In this document: in pieces, positions 25,433 through 37,880 of the stretch
Layout of the letters: each line of letters starts with the position of its first letter
How positions within the stretch are numbered: position 1 is the first letter of the stretch
NCBI RefSeq assembly: GCF_001194135.2
Contig: NC_068984.1
Location: 67,389,570 to 67,440,368, forward strand
Source: Octopus bimaculoides
Taxonomy: Eukaryota
Direction of reading: 5' to 3'
DNA length: 50,799 nt
Notes under the pieces: generated by a model
Told to the model about the DNA's origin: nothing
Databases searched by the model: none
The model's input: the letters and a program-made list of their open reading frames with translations, nothing else
Position numbers and translations under genes: made by a program

Positions 25433-25446
25433 TTATAATAATAATA

Positions 25447-25610
25447 TTAGGGAATAATTCCAAAACCTACAGGGAAAAATTCAATTTAGCAATACTAAAT
25501 AAAATTTCCCAATATAAAATATATGTATATAATTTAAAGAAAAATAGTTATGTATTTGAAAATATAGCCACGAAACGTGCGTAATCATTTTATACCATTT
25601 ATTATATATT
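25447..25610 (+). mobile_element. Possible short PLE-terminus-like repeat (degenerate)
   Basis: Starts at the (TAA)n tract and contains cacgaaacgtgcgtaatc (GAAAC plus a near-palindrome), but has no intact CTGANGA core. Confidence 0.25.
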
Positions 25611-25715
25611 CTTTTTGTATTTTATTGATGTTTTTGGATAAGGTTTTTGAGATATATTTGTTTTCTGGAGGGTGCGAGTTTAATTCTTTGTTGAATTATT
25701 TAATAGTGGTTTTTC

Positions 25716-25785
25716 TTGAAGGAGTGGCTGTGTGATAAGTAGCTTGCTTACAAACCACATGGTACCGGGTTCAGTCCCACTGCGT
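25716..25785 (+). mobile_element. SINE family B 5' head, running into an assembly gap
   Basis: gaaggagtggctgtgtgataagtagcttgcttacaaaccacatggtaccgggttcagtcccactgcgt matches the heads at 9201, 37759 and 30322-30445 (reverse complement). Confidence 0.8.
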
Positions 25786-28700
25786 NNNNNNNNNNNNNNN
25801 NNNNNNNNNNNNNNNNNNNNNNNNNNNNNNNNNNNNNNNNNNNNNNNNNNNNNNNNNNNNNNNNNNNNNNNNNNNNNNNNNNNNNTATATATATATATAC
25901 AATTATCTTTTCTGGATAATTTTTGAAATGAAAAGCCGTTTGTTTCTATTTTCTGCCGACAAGGAGCTGTGCTTGCGCGGTAAATTTGAAAAAATAGAAT
26001 ATATAAGCATGGGTCATATACTTGATTGTATATATGTTTAATCTGGGTGTACCTGCTGAAGAAGACTTCGCCTGCCAAATTATTTTATTTGCTAAAAGTA
26101 GTCACAAACCATTGGGCCAGGAGCTAGATGGTAAATGTATTTATTTTTCATCCCTTCGAAATTTTATCCCTAATAGTGCTTGGAACTTACCTGTTCTTTG
26201 TAGCGTGAGGGAATCCTATGATGGATACCTCTTATGTGTTTAAATGTACACTGTATTTATATGAACAATATATAGTCTATGGACTAAACTTTTACACGTT
26301 AGGCCACAGGCAATAGACATTTCTAATATTTTTAATTACCCTTGATATTATTAGTTATTATTAATTATATATATATATATGAATTAGTATGTCTGGTTAT
26401 GTTTCTCTTTTTGTAGGCAACTGTGTTTGTAAATGGCTACCACCTTTTATAAAAGGTACATGCGTATGACACCGTGAACATGGAAAAAAATTACGGGCGC
26501 CAACGGAATGACCGTTTGTTTAAATGAGATATTAAAAAAAAATCCAAAAAACGACTGAGGACAGCTTAATTTGGTTTACCTGTCACATTAAGCCTTCTAC
26601 ATCAAAAATTTCTAGTCATGTGTTAAACGGTCTCGGTTTCCATTTTACGTCTTCCCCACCTTATTTTTTTGTAGGTGTTTCACACATTTAGGGAATATTG
26701 GAATTAATGCTTTATGTATTTAACTTTTTAAAAACGTATTCTAGTTTCTTTAGGCAGAGATTTATAGATGTTCCCGAGTCAGAAACGCGATGTGGTGTTA
26801 TTTCTGTGTCAAAAGTAGAAGTTCGGATCATGAATGTTACAACATTCCTGTTTGCATACGACTGAATGATATTGTTGGGTAATGCTGAAGTGGCGCTTCA
26901 CTTTGCCACATGCAAATGTTAGAAATTCATTTCTTGAAGTTGCAAAACCGAAGAGGTAATATGAATTGAACTCACTAAAGGCAGAATAGATTGCTAGCAT
27001 CTAAGTGCGATATACAACGCTGCTTGAAGCCATAAGTAATTACTACAATTAACGTGCTATACTGAACCAATGTGGTATACGTTAAAACAACCTGACATAA
27101 AATTGCAATAGAAATGCCATAATTGAAATAATCTATGCAGTCAAACTCGAGGTGGATTAAAATGATACATTGCATATCATTCTTTAATGATTTTCTATTT
27201 AGAAAGTATTATTGCTTCGAGCATTATTTTTTAAAATAAGTTTCATATTCGTGGTGATTCAATAATTAATATATTTAAACATTTCCAATAAATTTTCTAA
27301 GTCCTGAGGCGTTCTATAAAATTAATATCAAAATAATAATCAACAACAATTATCGGAATCTTTTAGTCTCAATTTTATGAACATCATAGACTTAGTGTAT
27401 TTTTCGATTAAATTATGCCTACTTTTCTCCCAGTCTACCTCACCTTAACTCTCTCTCTTAATCTCTCTCTGTCTAGCTATCTATCTATCTACCTACACAC
27501 ACGCTCAAAACACAGGTATTTTTGGAGATATATAAATACGTATATATTTATATACCTCTGCAAACACTACCACCTTAGTTGAATGGACTGTAGTGCTTCA
27601 AGTATTACCGTAATATTAAGCATCATTAAATATCTTCTCTTGAGTAGTGATTTCAAATTACTTATAGCCTCAGCTAATTTTGCCCGAAACATATCTAAGT
27701 ATGTATATGTATATATGTGTGTGTATATATATATATATATATGCATTCACGTATGTGCGTGCGCGTATCTGTGTATATGTGTATTTGAGCATGAGTATAT
27801 ATATATAAATGTATATGTGTGTGAGAGTATGTATATATCGGTGTGTATATATGTAAATCTATTCTGAACGATGTATATGTATATGTAAGTTCATTAACTG
27901 AATGAACGGTAAATTTTTGAAGGTCAGCCAAGGACAATGGCAAATGTAATCGACCATGAAGAATAGATTAGCAGTACAAAGAAATTGAATGGCACTCCCT
28001 TTAGTATGAACATCAATATTTATCATCCATAGCATAGTCACTCTCCCTCTACATCTCTGTATTTAAAGCACTTATCAATAATCTTTCAACCACAGCTCAT
28101 TTTTGATAGCTCGTGTGGGTACTGCTTCCTCGCAACTCACAACAGACAGAAAAGACGCGCTTGAAGTCGATAGTTTCAGTTTACGGAAACAATATCTACA
28201 TATCACCTGAGGAAACACAACTAGATCTCATAATGTAGGGATACAGTTATATAACGAAATACTTGCGAACCTGGAGAACTACGTTGCGTGGAAACGATTG
28301 TAGTAATGACAAATAAATTTTCTTCTGTACTTCTTGTTGTTGACTCTCACTTATTCAGTTATCGATTCAAACACTACAGAAGCCCCAACACAAATCTGAC
28401 TGCACGTATAAAACTATTGCTGGATAGTCCGGGTGGAATTTGAACGTGGACGAGTTATATATTGTACTCTACTACGTTCTTCCCCGAATATAACCTACAC
28501 ACACTCACACACAACACACATGCGCACGCACACATACACATGTGTTTGTGAGTTCTGAGCCTGATAACTGTGCTGAGACGTCAGACCTGTTGTAAAAAAT
28601 TTACTGGAATGTTCTTATCACATGAAAGTATTACTAGAACACGAAAACATGTATTGTGCTTATTAAATAATACTTATCTCTCACAGGATGGAGTACTTTT

Positions 28701-29297
28701 TTTTTTGGTGACATTATAGCAAATTCTATATACGGACACAGACTGTGCGTCGTTAGCCAGCTGAAAAAGATATTTTCTAGTAACATCGTCTTCTACAGGG
28801 CTTCCACGTTACGTTGGAATATAAACATTACTATATATAAGTTACTTTTCGTTAATTCGCACCTATGGAGCCATGGAGTGCATAGACCTCCGATGACATG
28901 TTGCAAGTGAATACAATCTTGCTACATCTGTCTTTGATTCATGTCATATTTAATAATATACGCATAATTATATTACCTTTTAAAATCCTAGAAGTCTATA
29001 AATTATATTTAGTAAGATGTATTTGAAAAACTGCTGGTTGTTTAATTTCCTTATTCTTTCGAGTATGTTTCTAACAGAAGGCATTAAAAGAAAATCTCGA
29101 AAGAATGATTGTTTCAGTGATAACTAAAAATTAACATAGTCAACAAGAAGTGAGATAATACAAAGTTGATTAGCTTTTACTTCGATATAATTATGTTACT
29201 CGCGTAATTTTCTTGTAAAATAAAAGTGCACATATTCTATATCATCGTTCGAGAACTTTACTCTCTATTAGTTTATATATGCGTGAGCGTGTGTGCT

Positions 29298-29480
29298 TTT
29301 TATCTTTTGCGATTATGGGTCATCGGCTTGGAGGGTTTAGTCATACAAATCGACTCCAGTACATTTTCTCTAGGTCTGGTATTTATTCTATAAGACCTTT
29401 GTTGTCGAACTCCTAAGTTACTGGGGCGTTACCCAGCCAACACCAGTTGTCAATCTATGGAGGGGAAAAAAAGATACACC
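29298..29480 (-). mobile_element. SINE family B 3' half (diverged)
   Basis: tttagtcatacaaatcgactccag..tttattctata..ctaagttactggggcgt..ccaacaccagttgtcaa aligns to 3348-3540. Confidence 0.65.
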
Positions 29481-29517
29481 AACATACATACATACATATA
29501 TACATACATACACAAAA

Positions 29518-29568
<51 letters not shown>

Positions 29569-29689
29569 TATNNNNNNNNNNNNNNNNNNNNNNNNNNNNN
29601 NNNNNNNNNNNNNNNNNNNNNNNNNNNNNNNNNNNNNNNNNNNNNNNNNNNNNNNNNNNATATATATAGTACATCCCAAAAAGAACAAA

Positions 29690-29940
29690 CACAAAAAAAC
29701 ACCAACAACGTGAAGACGTGGTAATGTAAAGTACTAGCAGACGCTCACGGAAGGAAAGAAAGGTTGTGTAACGTTTCGAGCAGACGCTCTTCTTCGGAAA
29801 CAGAGGAATGTCCAATAGAAGGGAAGACGGCAGAAGAAAATCGACAACGATTCACATGGAGTTCCATTTTGAAATGACCGGAAAGGAATGGCTGGAGAAA
29901 AATTTCTAAGACAGGAGAGTGTAAGATAACGAGGGATGTA
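29690..29940 (-). mobile_element. Short PLE-terminus-like element with mutated minimal hammerhead motif (29765-29802)
   Basis: Minus strand TGTTT-CCGAAGA-A-GAGC-gtct-GCTC-GAAA-CG-TT-ACACA has the same layout as 18453-18498, with a U4-to-C core change and one helix I mismatch. Bounded by microsatellites. Confidence 0.55.
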
Positions 29941-29949
29941 CTTCTATAT

Positions 29950-30300
29950 GCGCGCAAGTCTGTCTGTGTGTGTGTGTGTGTGTGCATGCATGTGTAGTGT
30001 GTGCTGTGTGTGTGCTTGGGGTTTGTGTGTGGGGGTTGTGTGTGTGTGTGTGTGTGTATATGTGCTTCCTCTCTGCGTGTGTGCGTGTGCCTGCGTTTGT
30101 ATCTGCATGTATGTGCGTGCGTGTAAATGCCCATGTATGTGTAATTGTGTGCGTTCATATATGAGTGTGTATATGAGTGTGTGTGTGTGAGGTATGTGTG
30201 AGTTCATATGTGTGTGCGTGTACATGTGTGTGTATATGTGCGTGTGTACAAGTGCGTGTGTGTGTGTATGCGTGTGTGTGATCGAGGGGTTGTGTGTGGA
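29950..30300. repeat. Degenerate (TG)n-rich tract
   Basis: Direct reading. Confidence 0.9.
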
Positions 30301-30321
30301 GGTATATGTGCGTTTTTTGGG

Positions 30322-30445
30322 GCGTATTTCAGTTTCAGTCTAACAAATTTACTCATAGGGATCTGGTAGGCTCAAGGCTATAGAAGAAGACACTTGTCCA
30401 GGGTGCCACAGAGTGGGACTGAACTATGAACCACGTTGCTGTGCT
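30322..30445 (-). mobile_element. SINE family B 5' half
   Basis: tttcagtttcagtctaacaaatttactca..ggctatagaagaagacacttgtccagggtgccacagagtgggactgaac is the reverse complement of the family B head. Confidence 0.75.
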
Positions 30446-31758
30446 GTACGTATTTACTGGCAATAACATTCATCTAGGATTACATAGGGTTACCATAGCC
30501 TTCTTCCATACTCTGAACCTAACTTTTAAAATTAATACATTTGAAAACCTTAAACTTGTAATATATCAAAGATAAGAGGACATACTGTTCGTCCTACAAT
30601 ATATATTAAATGTCAGTCAACCTTGGGACGAAGTTTCTTTTTTCAGACAACCGTTATTTTTAAATACAATTTCTACACCAATGTTCTAATATGGAGGTAG
30701 AAAAATCCTACTTAAACAGATTTATAAAAGAAATTTCGTTTGACGATATTCTGTCTTCAACTATTCATATTGAAAAGGCATTGTTGAATATAATAGAATC
30801 TAACATTTTCCTTTAAGTTTCATCAACGCATTGAAGCTGGTAAAACAAATCTATGCCTGCTATATTTAAAGATATGTTAGCATCACAATCGACGAGTCTA
30901 ATTCAAGTATTGTGCTAGCCCTCTCTGTAAGTATGAATTGTAGCTTATTCCACTTGAATGTATTCGATTAAGTATCAGTGTGGTAGGCGAAAAAAATATT
31001 GATTTATATTGAACTTTCTGTATTGATTATTTTTCAGGCGTTCTTAAGTAATAACAATAATAAAAATAAGGTCACATACATATAAACACACATATGTGTT
31101 CGTGTGATTATATGTTTAAATATATGCATTTATACGAATCGATGATTCATTTTTACATATTTGTGAGTTTATATTGTATATATGGTGCAGGGCTATCTGT
31201 AATCAGATACACAGGCATATACACATAAACATGTGCACACAAACATACACTTACACAAATAAAAAAAAAAACATTCGCATGCATGAATACACACTGTAAC
31301 ACGTACGCATACACAGCAAGAGAGGGGGAAAGCAAGATAGACAGATAATTGTTATAAAGTTATGTATATATAAAATGAATTTCTATATGTAAATATCTCT
31401 GTTGATTGCGCTTCTCTTTCTTTTTTCACTCCACATTTCCCTGTCTGTTTGTCTCTTGCAAATACACTCACACGTACATATACAGGAAGAGATTCTCGCA
31501 TATACACACACTCAGAAAAAAAAGACACTGTTAAGCTGATAGTTTTCAGAGCATATAGTACTTAACCAATATATCAAATTAATGATTATGGTAAATTTAG
31601 TATGGTTTCATTTTGGAGGGATACAGATTTGCTGACTTTATAATATTTACTTCGGGAAATATTTTGATTTGCTAACAGCAAGCAATATTTCTGTCAATAA
31701 TGGCGTTAAAAAACAAGCAAAAAAACACCTCAGCTATCGTCTGTAGATATCCCAATAC

Positions 31759-31759
<1 letters not shown>

Positions 31760-31821
<62 letters not shown>
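31760..31821. repeat. Perfect (CA)n microsatellite
   Basis: Direct reading. Confidence 0.95.
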
Positions 31822-31823
<2 letters not shown>

Positions 31824-32414
31824 GTCATTATGACATGTATGGAAATATTCAACATGCTGACAAATACGCCGTCCGAATCTTTCAGTGTTGCTATATAATT
31901 GAAATATCAATGTAATAAATAGTATGTTAAAATATTATGTTAATAGAACTCATTTGACATATATTTCTAAAATATACACTAGAAATATTCCTATGAATCT
32001 GGGGATTGTATGAGCACAGCATGAAGGATGTCATCACGATAATTCAAGAAAGGGAGTTTCTATTTATTTCAGTAGTGGTAAGGTAAATATTTTCTCTCTT
32101 CTTTCCTCTGATATACAATTTAAGGAAAAATACATACGTAAGTATAATATATTCATTTTCTAAATGGTTAATATAGTTCTATTGAATTCTGCACGATTCC
32201 ATTTTAAACAAAGCTTATTTTGTCTACGCCGTTTCATTAAATTTGCCATCTAATGATTCTGAAGTGCCAACGTTCTCATATAATTATCCAGGTGTTTCAT
32301 TCACATTTAAGAAATAACTGTTTTTCCTTTCTTTGTATTCACTTTTGTTTAGCATTATTCCCGTTTTAACGCAGTGAAAATATTTCATCCTTAAATCACA
32401 GCATAATTCGCACA

Positions 32415-32441
32415 GTCACGTCACCGGAAAACATCGGAAGT
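32415..32441. promoter_or_regulatory. Clustered CRE/E-box-like and two ETS-like motifs (possible promoter)
   Basis: gtcacgtcaccggaaaacatcggaagt contains TGACGTGAC (minus strand), CCGGAA and CGGAAGT within 27 bp. A donor TCG|gtatgt lies at 32648/32649. Confidence 0.22.
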
Positions 32442-33794
32442 CATATAACTTTATAATTTCTGGTAGAAGGGTCTGAGATATTGCGTTAGGCTTTGCTTTC
32501 TTTCTTCACATTATTGTTTGCCAAAAACATCAAGGTGAAGAAGACGTGCGTTTGAATTGATTATTTGGAACTGAGATCAGAAAAAGTTGTCAACTCGGTT
32601 ACATGCAACAGGATATGGTGTGAAAATTACGATAACGTCTTCCTTTCGGTATGTTCCATTATATTTTGCGACAAGAAAGAATAGACAATATATTCATTAA
32701 TCCACATTCAGATATTTTAACTACTAGCTGATACAATTTTGATCAGGTTTAAGCATATTTTAGAAAAGTCGTATTTTATTGCCGAACAATGCATGATACA
32801 GCAAAAACAAAACTTACATACACAGGAAGAAGAAGTGAGGTATTGATTTACTTATTATTATTATTATTATTATTATTTGAAAGATACACATTTTAACCAA
32901 ATACCACGTTTGAAAGAATTTTGGAACAAAAAAATAAAACCAAGACTTCATATATATTATTACCAGGAACAGTTTGTATTCTAATTAGTATTTTTTATTG
33001 TTGTCATTATGAAGTGCTGTGAATGCTTTATTATTTTAGGACGGGGTCAATTTTTTATACAGGAAAAAGAATTTACATGTCTTTCAAAAGAGGCATTTAT
33101 GAAGTCAATTGGTTTCAGTGAAGAAAATATGTCGTCTTAGCATAATGGAAGGTTATGTTTAATCTATAGAACTGAACTCTTATATAATGAGATTAATATT
33201 TGGTCAATTCCCTAAACATATTTGGAAGACATACTCTACACCTTGTCATATGTTCAGAGCTTGCATGCGTAATTACATAATTAAAAAGTTATTACAACAC
33301 GAATATTAATATTTGCGACTAAGTAGTTACCATTTCAGAATGAGTAGCTATTTTAGAGAATACGTAGTTAAGCTGTCGGAGCTGAATTATGATCTCCAGC
33401 GATTTCTCTTCTGAAACTCCAAGTTCCGTAAATCAGTGCTTATTTCCGATTATTGAGATTTTAAGCAAATGAGATATACATGTTAAACATGTTAGGACGT
33501 GATATTCCGCTGATAAATTTTCGGCCAGTAAGAATTAAACCCAATACTAGACATCACCCTAAAAAATATTCATTAACTACACATTGATGTCACGTTAATT
33601 ACAGCAAGGAACTATACTACACATGGTATCTACTTATGACTAAATACATTCGATCTTTCAGGATTAAACAACTTCCGCGGACAATATGAAAGGTCGATAG
33701 CCTGTGCAAATGGATCACCATCATATCTCCTCACTAAATCACGTTTACCTATGTTACGAATACGCATACATGTACATAGTGTGCTGTGTGTGTA

Positions 33795-34740
33795 TCAGAG
33801 TAATGTAATTAGAATAGCTCATGAACTTGAAGAGACGCATGAAATAATAGCTGATGCAGATCTATACCCAAGGGCATTGGTTGAATCTATCAAAGCAACA
33901 GTTTAAAAAAAAGACTAGTTCACTGAGAAGATTGAACATGGGTAGCTGGCTCGAAAAACACAAATGGAAATGATCATGTCAGAAGCTTGGTATGAAGTAC
34001 CAACAAGTTTATGAAATCCCTCTTCGAAAGCTATTTCCATGCAATTCGAGAAAAGAGATCCCCGTCAGGTACCTACATTATAAAAAGCAAAATGCATTCA
34101 GAGACAACAATTATAGGCTAAGACCAAGACTTAAGGCATCAATCATATTATTGTCAGCTCCAGAAGAATGTCTTCTAGATATTATCTTCTCATGAAGCAT
34201 GATGACATAACCAGAACAGCATGGAAGAGGATAGCAGAAGACAGAACATCTATAGACGAAGTTGACTATATTGAGATAGACGGGCCAAAAGATTATTGGT
34301 AGAACCTAAAAATAAAAACAACCATCAAGAAGAAACACAACCGATAGATATCATCGTTGGAAACACTCGGTATAGACGGTATAGATAGGTTATGTTGTGC
34401 ATATTAATTGCTCACAGGATACTAATGTGGTTTAAACAGTACAAGAGAAAGAGGACTTCTCAAGACGAATGATGAGGAGTTTTCAAATATAGTACCCAAG
34501 ATAGACTTTCAGCTTCAGACCTATTATTGGAGCAACAGGATACGTACTAATACGTTTGAATGAAAATATGGCTGAATTTGGATTCTTGGAGAAAGAAAGT
34601 AAGTATTTAAGTCATACGCTATAAACGATAACGATATCTGGGACTATAAACATCTGCAAAGCCTTCTTTAGATTTAATGGACGATAGACAAAACAAGAGG
34701 CTTCCCTTCACAACCTTGCTACCAAGCATGTGGCCATTTA
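33795..34740 (+). mobile_element. Decayed R4/Dong-clade non-LTR retrotransposon, copy 1 (post-RT region, zinc-knuckle remnant, RLE)
   Basis: Broken translation: MKSLFESYFHAIREK-EIPVRYL..NHIIVSSRRMSSRYYLLMKHDDIT..DYW*NLKIKTTIKKKHNR-DIIV..INCSQDTNV..EKED..RPIIGATGYV..TITISGTINICKAFFRF. This follows the recalled R4 pattern FEGY..AIQEQEI / HII..C..YL..RHD / WWN..IKT..KHNKPDI / SCP.D.N..KE / PIIIGALG / SGT..ICK. Confidence 0.8.
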
Positions 34741-34744
34741 AATT

Positions 34745-36168
34745 GTTTTCTAAATAAATAAGTGAAAGAGAAGACACACTTATAGGCAAAGAATGCTACA
34801 AATAGCGACATATTGATTAAAATATATCATATGACCTACTCTGAGTAAAGACAGAGTAACACGAGAGTATTGCACCAAGCTCAGAAAAATGTGGTAGTTG
34901 GAATTCTCCTCTTACAACATGAAAATATCCCAGAATGCATTTTCAAATAATGATTCCAGCATATGGGATACTTGACTTGTACGTAGAAGAAATAATTTCT
35001 GCGGCATTAAAATCCGCAAGATCCTGATTGGGAACATCTACAGAAACAGTCATATCGACAATCTCTACCTAAGAGGTTTGAGACCAGTGCAGACAGCCTT
35101 CGAATGTCATATAATCTCCCTCAGACATTACTTGCTAAAAACAACACCGGCGAGAAGAAACACAGAGACTTGATACTTAAACATGAGGTGAACAACAAAC
35201 TGCGTATCGGCAGTGAGCTCCTCAGGAAGTACTCTCTTCCCGATGGCATCCCATACAAACCCAAATAGCACGACTGTCATACTTCAAGGAAGACGTGGAG
35301 GGGAAACGCTCAGCATACTAAAAATAGACTTCGCATGAGTATACTTCCCGAAGACCTGAAGAAGATTAACATCGACATGATGCACGTCCTCTCTTTGATT
35401 CATGACAGTACATCACATCATTTAAAAAGCTATGCATTTTAAATCAAAGAGCAGGTGATTGCTACAAAATACCTATTAAATAGAAGAGACAGTGAAGCTC
35501 TTGGAGCAACGGGAAACGTAGATTGTACCATATTTCTGTGAAAGATATTTTCAGCAGCTGCTGAAAACGGACGAGATGCTACCTTCCGATGCAATACAAT
35601 GTTGTCATTGAAACAATATACAATGCTCTTAGGAAAACAAACCATCCGAGAATAAATATAGAGAATCCACTTGATTTTGAATACATACGCAAGCAGCGAC
35701 ACAGGTAGTATTGTTGGAAAATTTCCATCAAAACAACTGTCAAGTGTTAAGGATAACAGACCGTATATTCTTGTTTGGGAAGATAAGAAAAAAATATGAA
35801 TACCATAGAGGTCAGCTGCCCGGCTGATGTGAATATAATTTTGAAAATCAAAGAGTAAGAGGACAATTACGGACAACTGCTTCGAAACCTCCAGCTTGTA
35901 TATCTAGATTATAATTCATATTTATATTAATGATAATTGGTGCTGTTGGTTTGTAAGTAAAGGCCTGAGTAACAAACCGGATAAGCTGTGGTTTTCGGAA
36001 AAAGAACTCAGTCAGCTAACTGGCACATTACAAAGTCAATCAATACGAGGGACAATAAAAATATATAATTATTTCGCAAGTTTGAAATATGACATTGTTT
36101 TTATTATCTACATTCCAATGATGAAGTTTTGTAGCTTTGTTAGAAACCAGCTCCTTTCTCACAAAAAA
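34745..36168 (+). mobile_element. Decayed R4/Dong-clade non-LTR retrotransposon, copy 2 (end of RT through RLE and 3' end)
   Basis: Broken translation: CYK*RHID*NISY..DRVTREYCTKLRKMW*LEFSSYN..AYGILDL..SHIDNLYLRGLRPVQTAFECHIISLRHYL..IKEQVIATKYLLNRRD..YLPMQYNVV..ISIKTTVK..DNRPYILVWE..EVSCPADVNII..EDNYGQLLRNLQL..IIGAVG..QSIRGTIKI. Many stops and frameshifts. Confidence 0.85.
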
Positions 36169-36711
36169 GATTTCAAGTGGTTAAAATAGAAGAGAACAAA
36201 TATGCATGTATGTATATATATATATATATATATCTATACCTCTGTCTCTCTCTCTTTCTCTGTCTATGTGTGTGTGTATATATATATATATATATTTATT
36301 TATTTACATATATATGTGAGTGTGTGCGTGTGTACTTATGTACAGCTGAAATTATTTCAGATTCTTAGTATTCTCGACTACAAACATCAAGTAATCTCGT
36401 TGCTACCACTTTGCCTTTTTAGAGGCACGTTTTACAGAATCACAGTTTATTTCAAGTAGTTACACATCTATAATGCTATTCAGCTGTTTTCCCCTCGTAA
36501 CAAAATTCATTTAATGTTGTCTACTTATATTTATGTTATTTGGTTGGCTAAAGCTCAGAGAGTTTAATGTAAACATCTGCAGATAAGCTATGCAATAAAA
36601 AGGTAAAATAATTTAATCAATAAGAATATGGAAATGCATTTTAAGCAACACAAACATGTCCGCATATATGTAGAGGTATATATACATACCTATATACAAG
36701 TATGTTTCGAT

Positions 36712-36724
36712 ATATATATATATG

Positions 36725-36812
<88 letters not shown>
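36712..36812. repeat. (CA)n(TA)n compound microsatellite
   Basis: Direct reading. Confidence 0.95.
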
Positions 36813-37758
36813 CATTTAGTTATACGCAGTCACATACGATTATGTTTTCTTATTGCGTTTTTTAAAAAAAATACCACTAACTTAGCTTTCGCTTCGCTTC
36901 AGTAGGAACATTCGTAGGGTTTTCAAAACTTGCTTGCTGAATAGAAATGCAGGTGCTTAATATTAATCGTTAAACGGTGGTTAAGCCAATATTGCTATGA
37001 GAAATTTATCCGTGTAAATGTTCGTTTCAATAATATTCATTATACGCATACACTTTTAAGTACAAGGCAAGATTTCTGAATCGGTTCCTTTATAGTTTTT
37101 AAAGTTGTCATAAAAATTTGTAGTTTATGGTTTTCTTTTGATGTCCTAAACATACTACCCCTGCTTTCTAATGTGAATCAAGTATGTGAATGGAACAAAC
37201 TCATCATATAACTCGAGCTTAAATTAATCAATCTTAAGGTGTCATAAGAAAACATGGAAATGGCTAATTTTCGATTTGAATTTATAATTCCTCGTGATGA
37301 CTGCGGTGTAAAGTGTGAATGTACAGATTAAATTTTATTAATGTTAATTCACATAAATACAGTGCCTCTTATAAAAGACCCTCATCTAATGAAAAAATTA
37401 ACCACTGAATGCTGTGGAGAAGAATGTAGAGATAAGTATAGAAATAACATTGTGATGTGATTAAAGGACCCGGAAAAAGAAATTAGTCAGAAACTAGTTG
37501 CATAATTTCCATTTAAAAATGTCTAGATAACATTCAGATTAAATCGCTTCAAATAAAAATGTTGCGATTATCATAATTTATGCTTTCCTCTGTTTTTCCG
37601 AGAAATGAATTCCTTTTATTTCTCCCAAAATTTTCTTTAGATACAATCGATTAGAAACAATGATCGCAAATACTACTCTATCAAAAACGAATAGAAATGA
37701 TTGTCCCTTCTGTATTTTTATATTGTAATATAATCACTTACATAGACATATTTTTCTT

Positions 37759-37880
37759 GGCGCAGGTGTGGCTGTGCGGTAAGAGGTTTGCTTCCCAACC
37801 GCATGATTTCGACTTTAGTGCCAATGCATGACATCAAGAGCAAGTGTCTTCTACTAAAACCTCAGCCCGACAAAACATTC
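37759..37880 (+). mobile_element. SINE family B 5' head
   Basis: ggcgcaggtgtggctgtgcggtaagaggtttgcttcccaacc..gcaagtgtcttctacta. Confidence 0.75.

Noticed and set aside
26755-26880. MWCYFCVKSRSSDHEC resembling a Ly6/three-finger N-terminus
   Set aside because: Only a CYxC resemblance. No signal-peptide exon or downstream Cys-rich exons could be identified, and other frames are similarly open.
28270-28310. ctggaga-a-ctacg-ttg-cgtg-gaaacgat as a hammerhead
   Set aside because: The core is altered (CUGG), there is no G10.1-C11.1 pair, no palindromic helix III and no helix I pairing. At most a heavily eroded remnant.
32072-32081. 10-nt microexon candidate (ttcag|TAGTGGTAAG|gtaaat)
   Set aside because: Not a multiple of three, and such site pairs are expected by chance in 50 kb.
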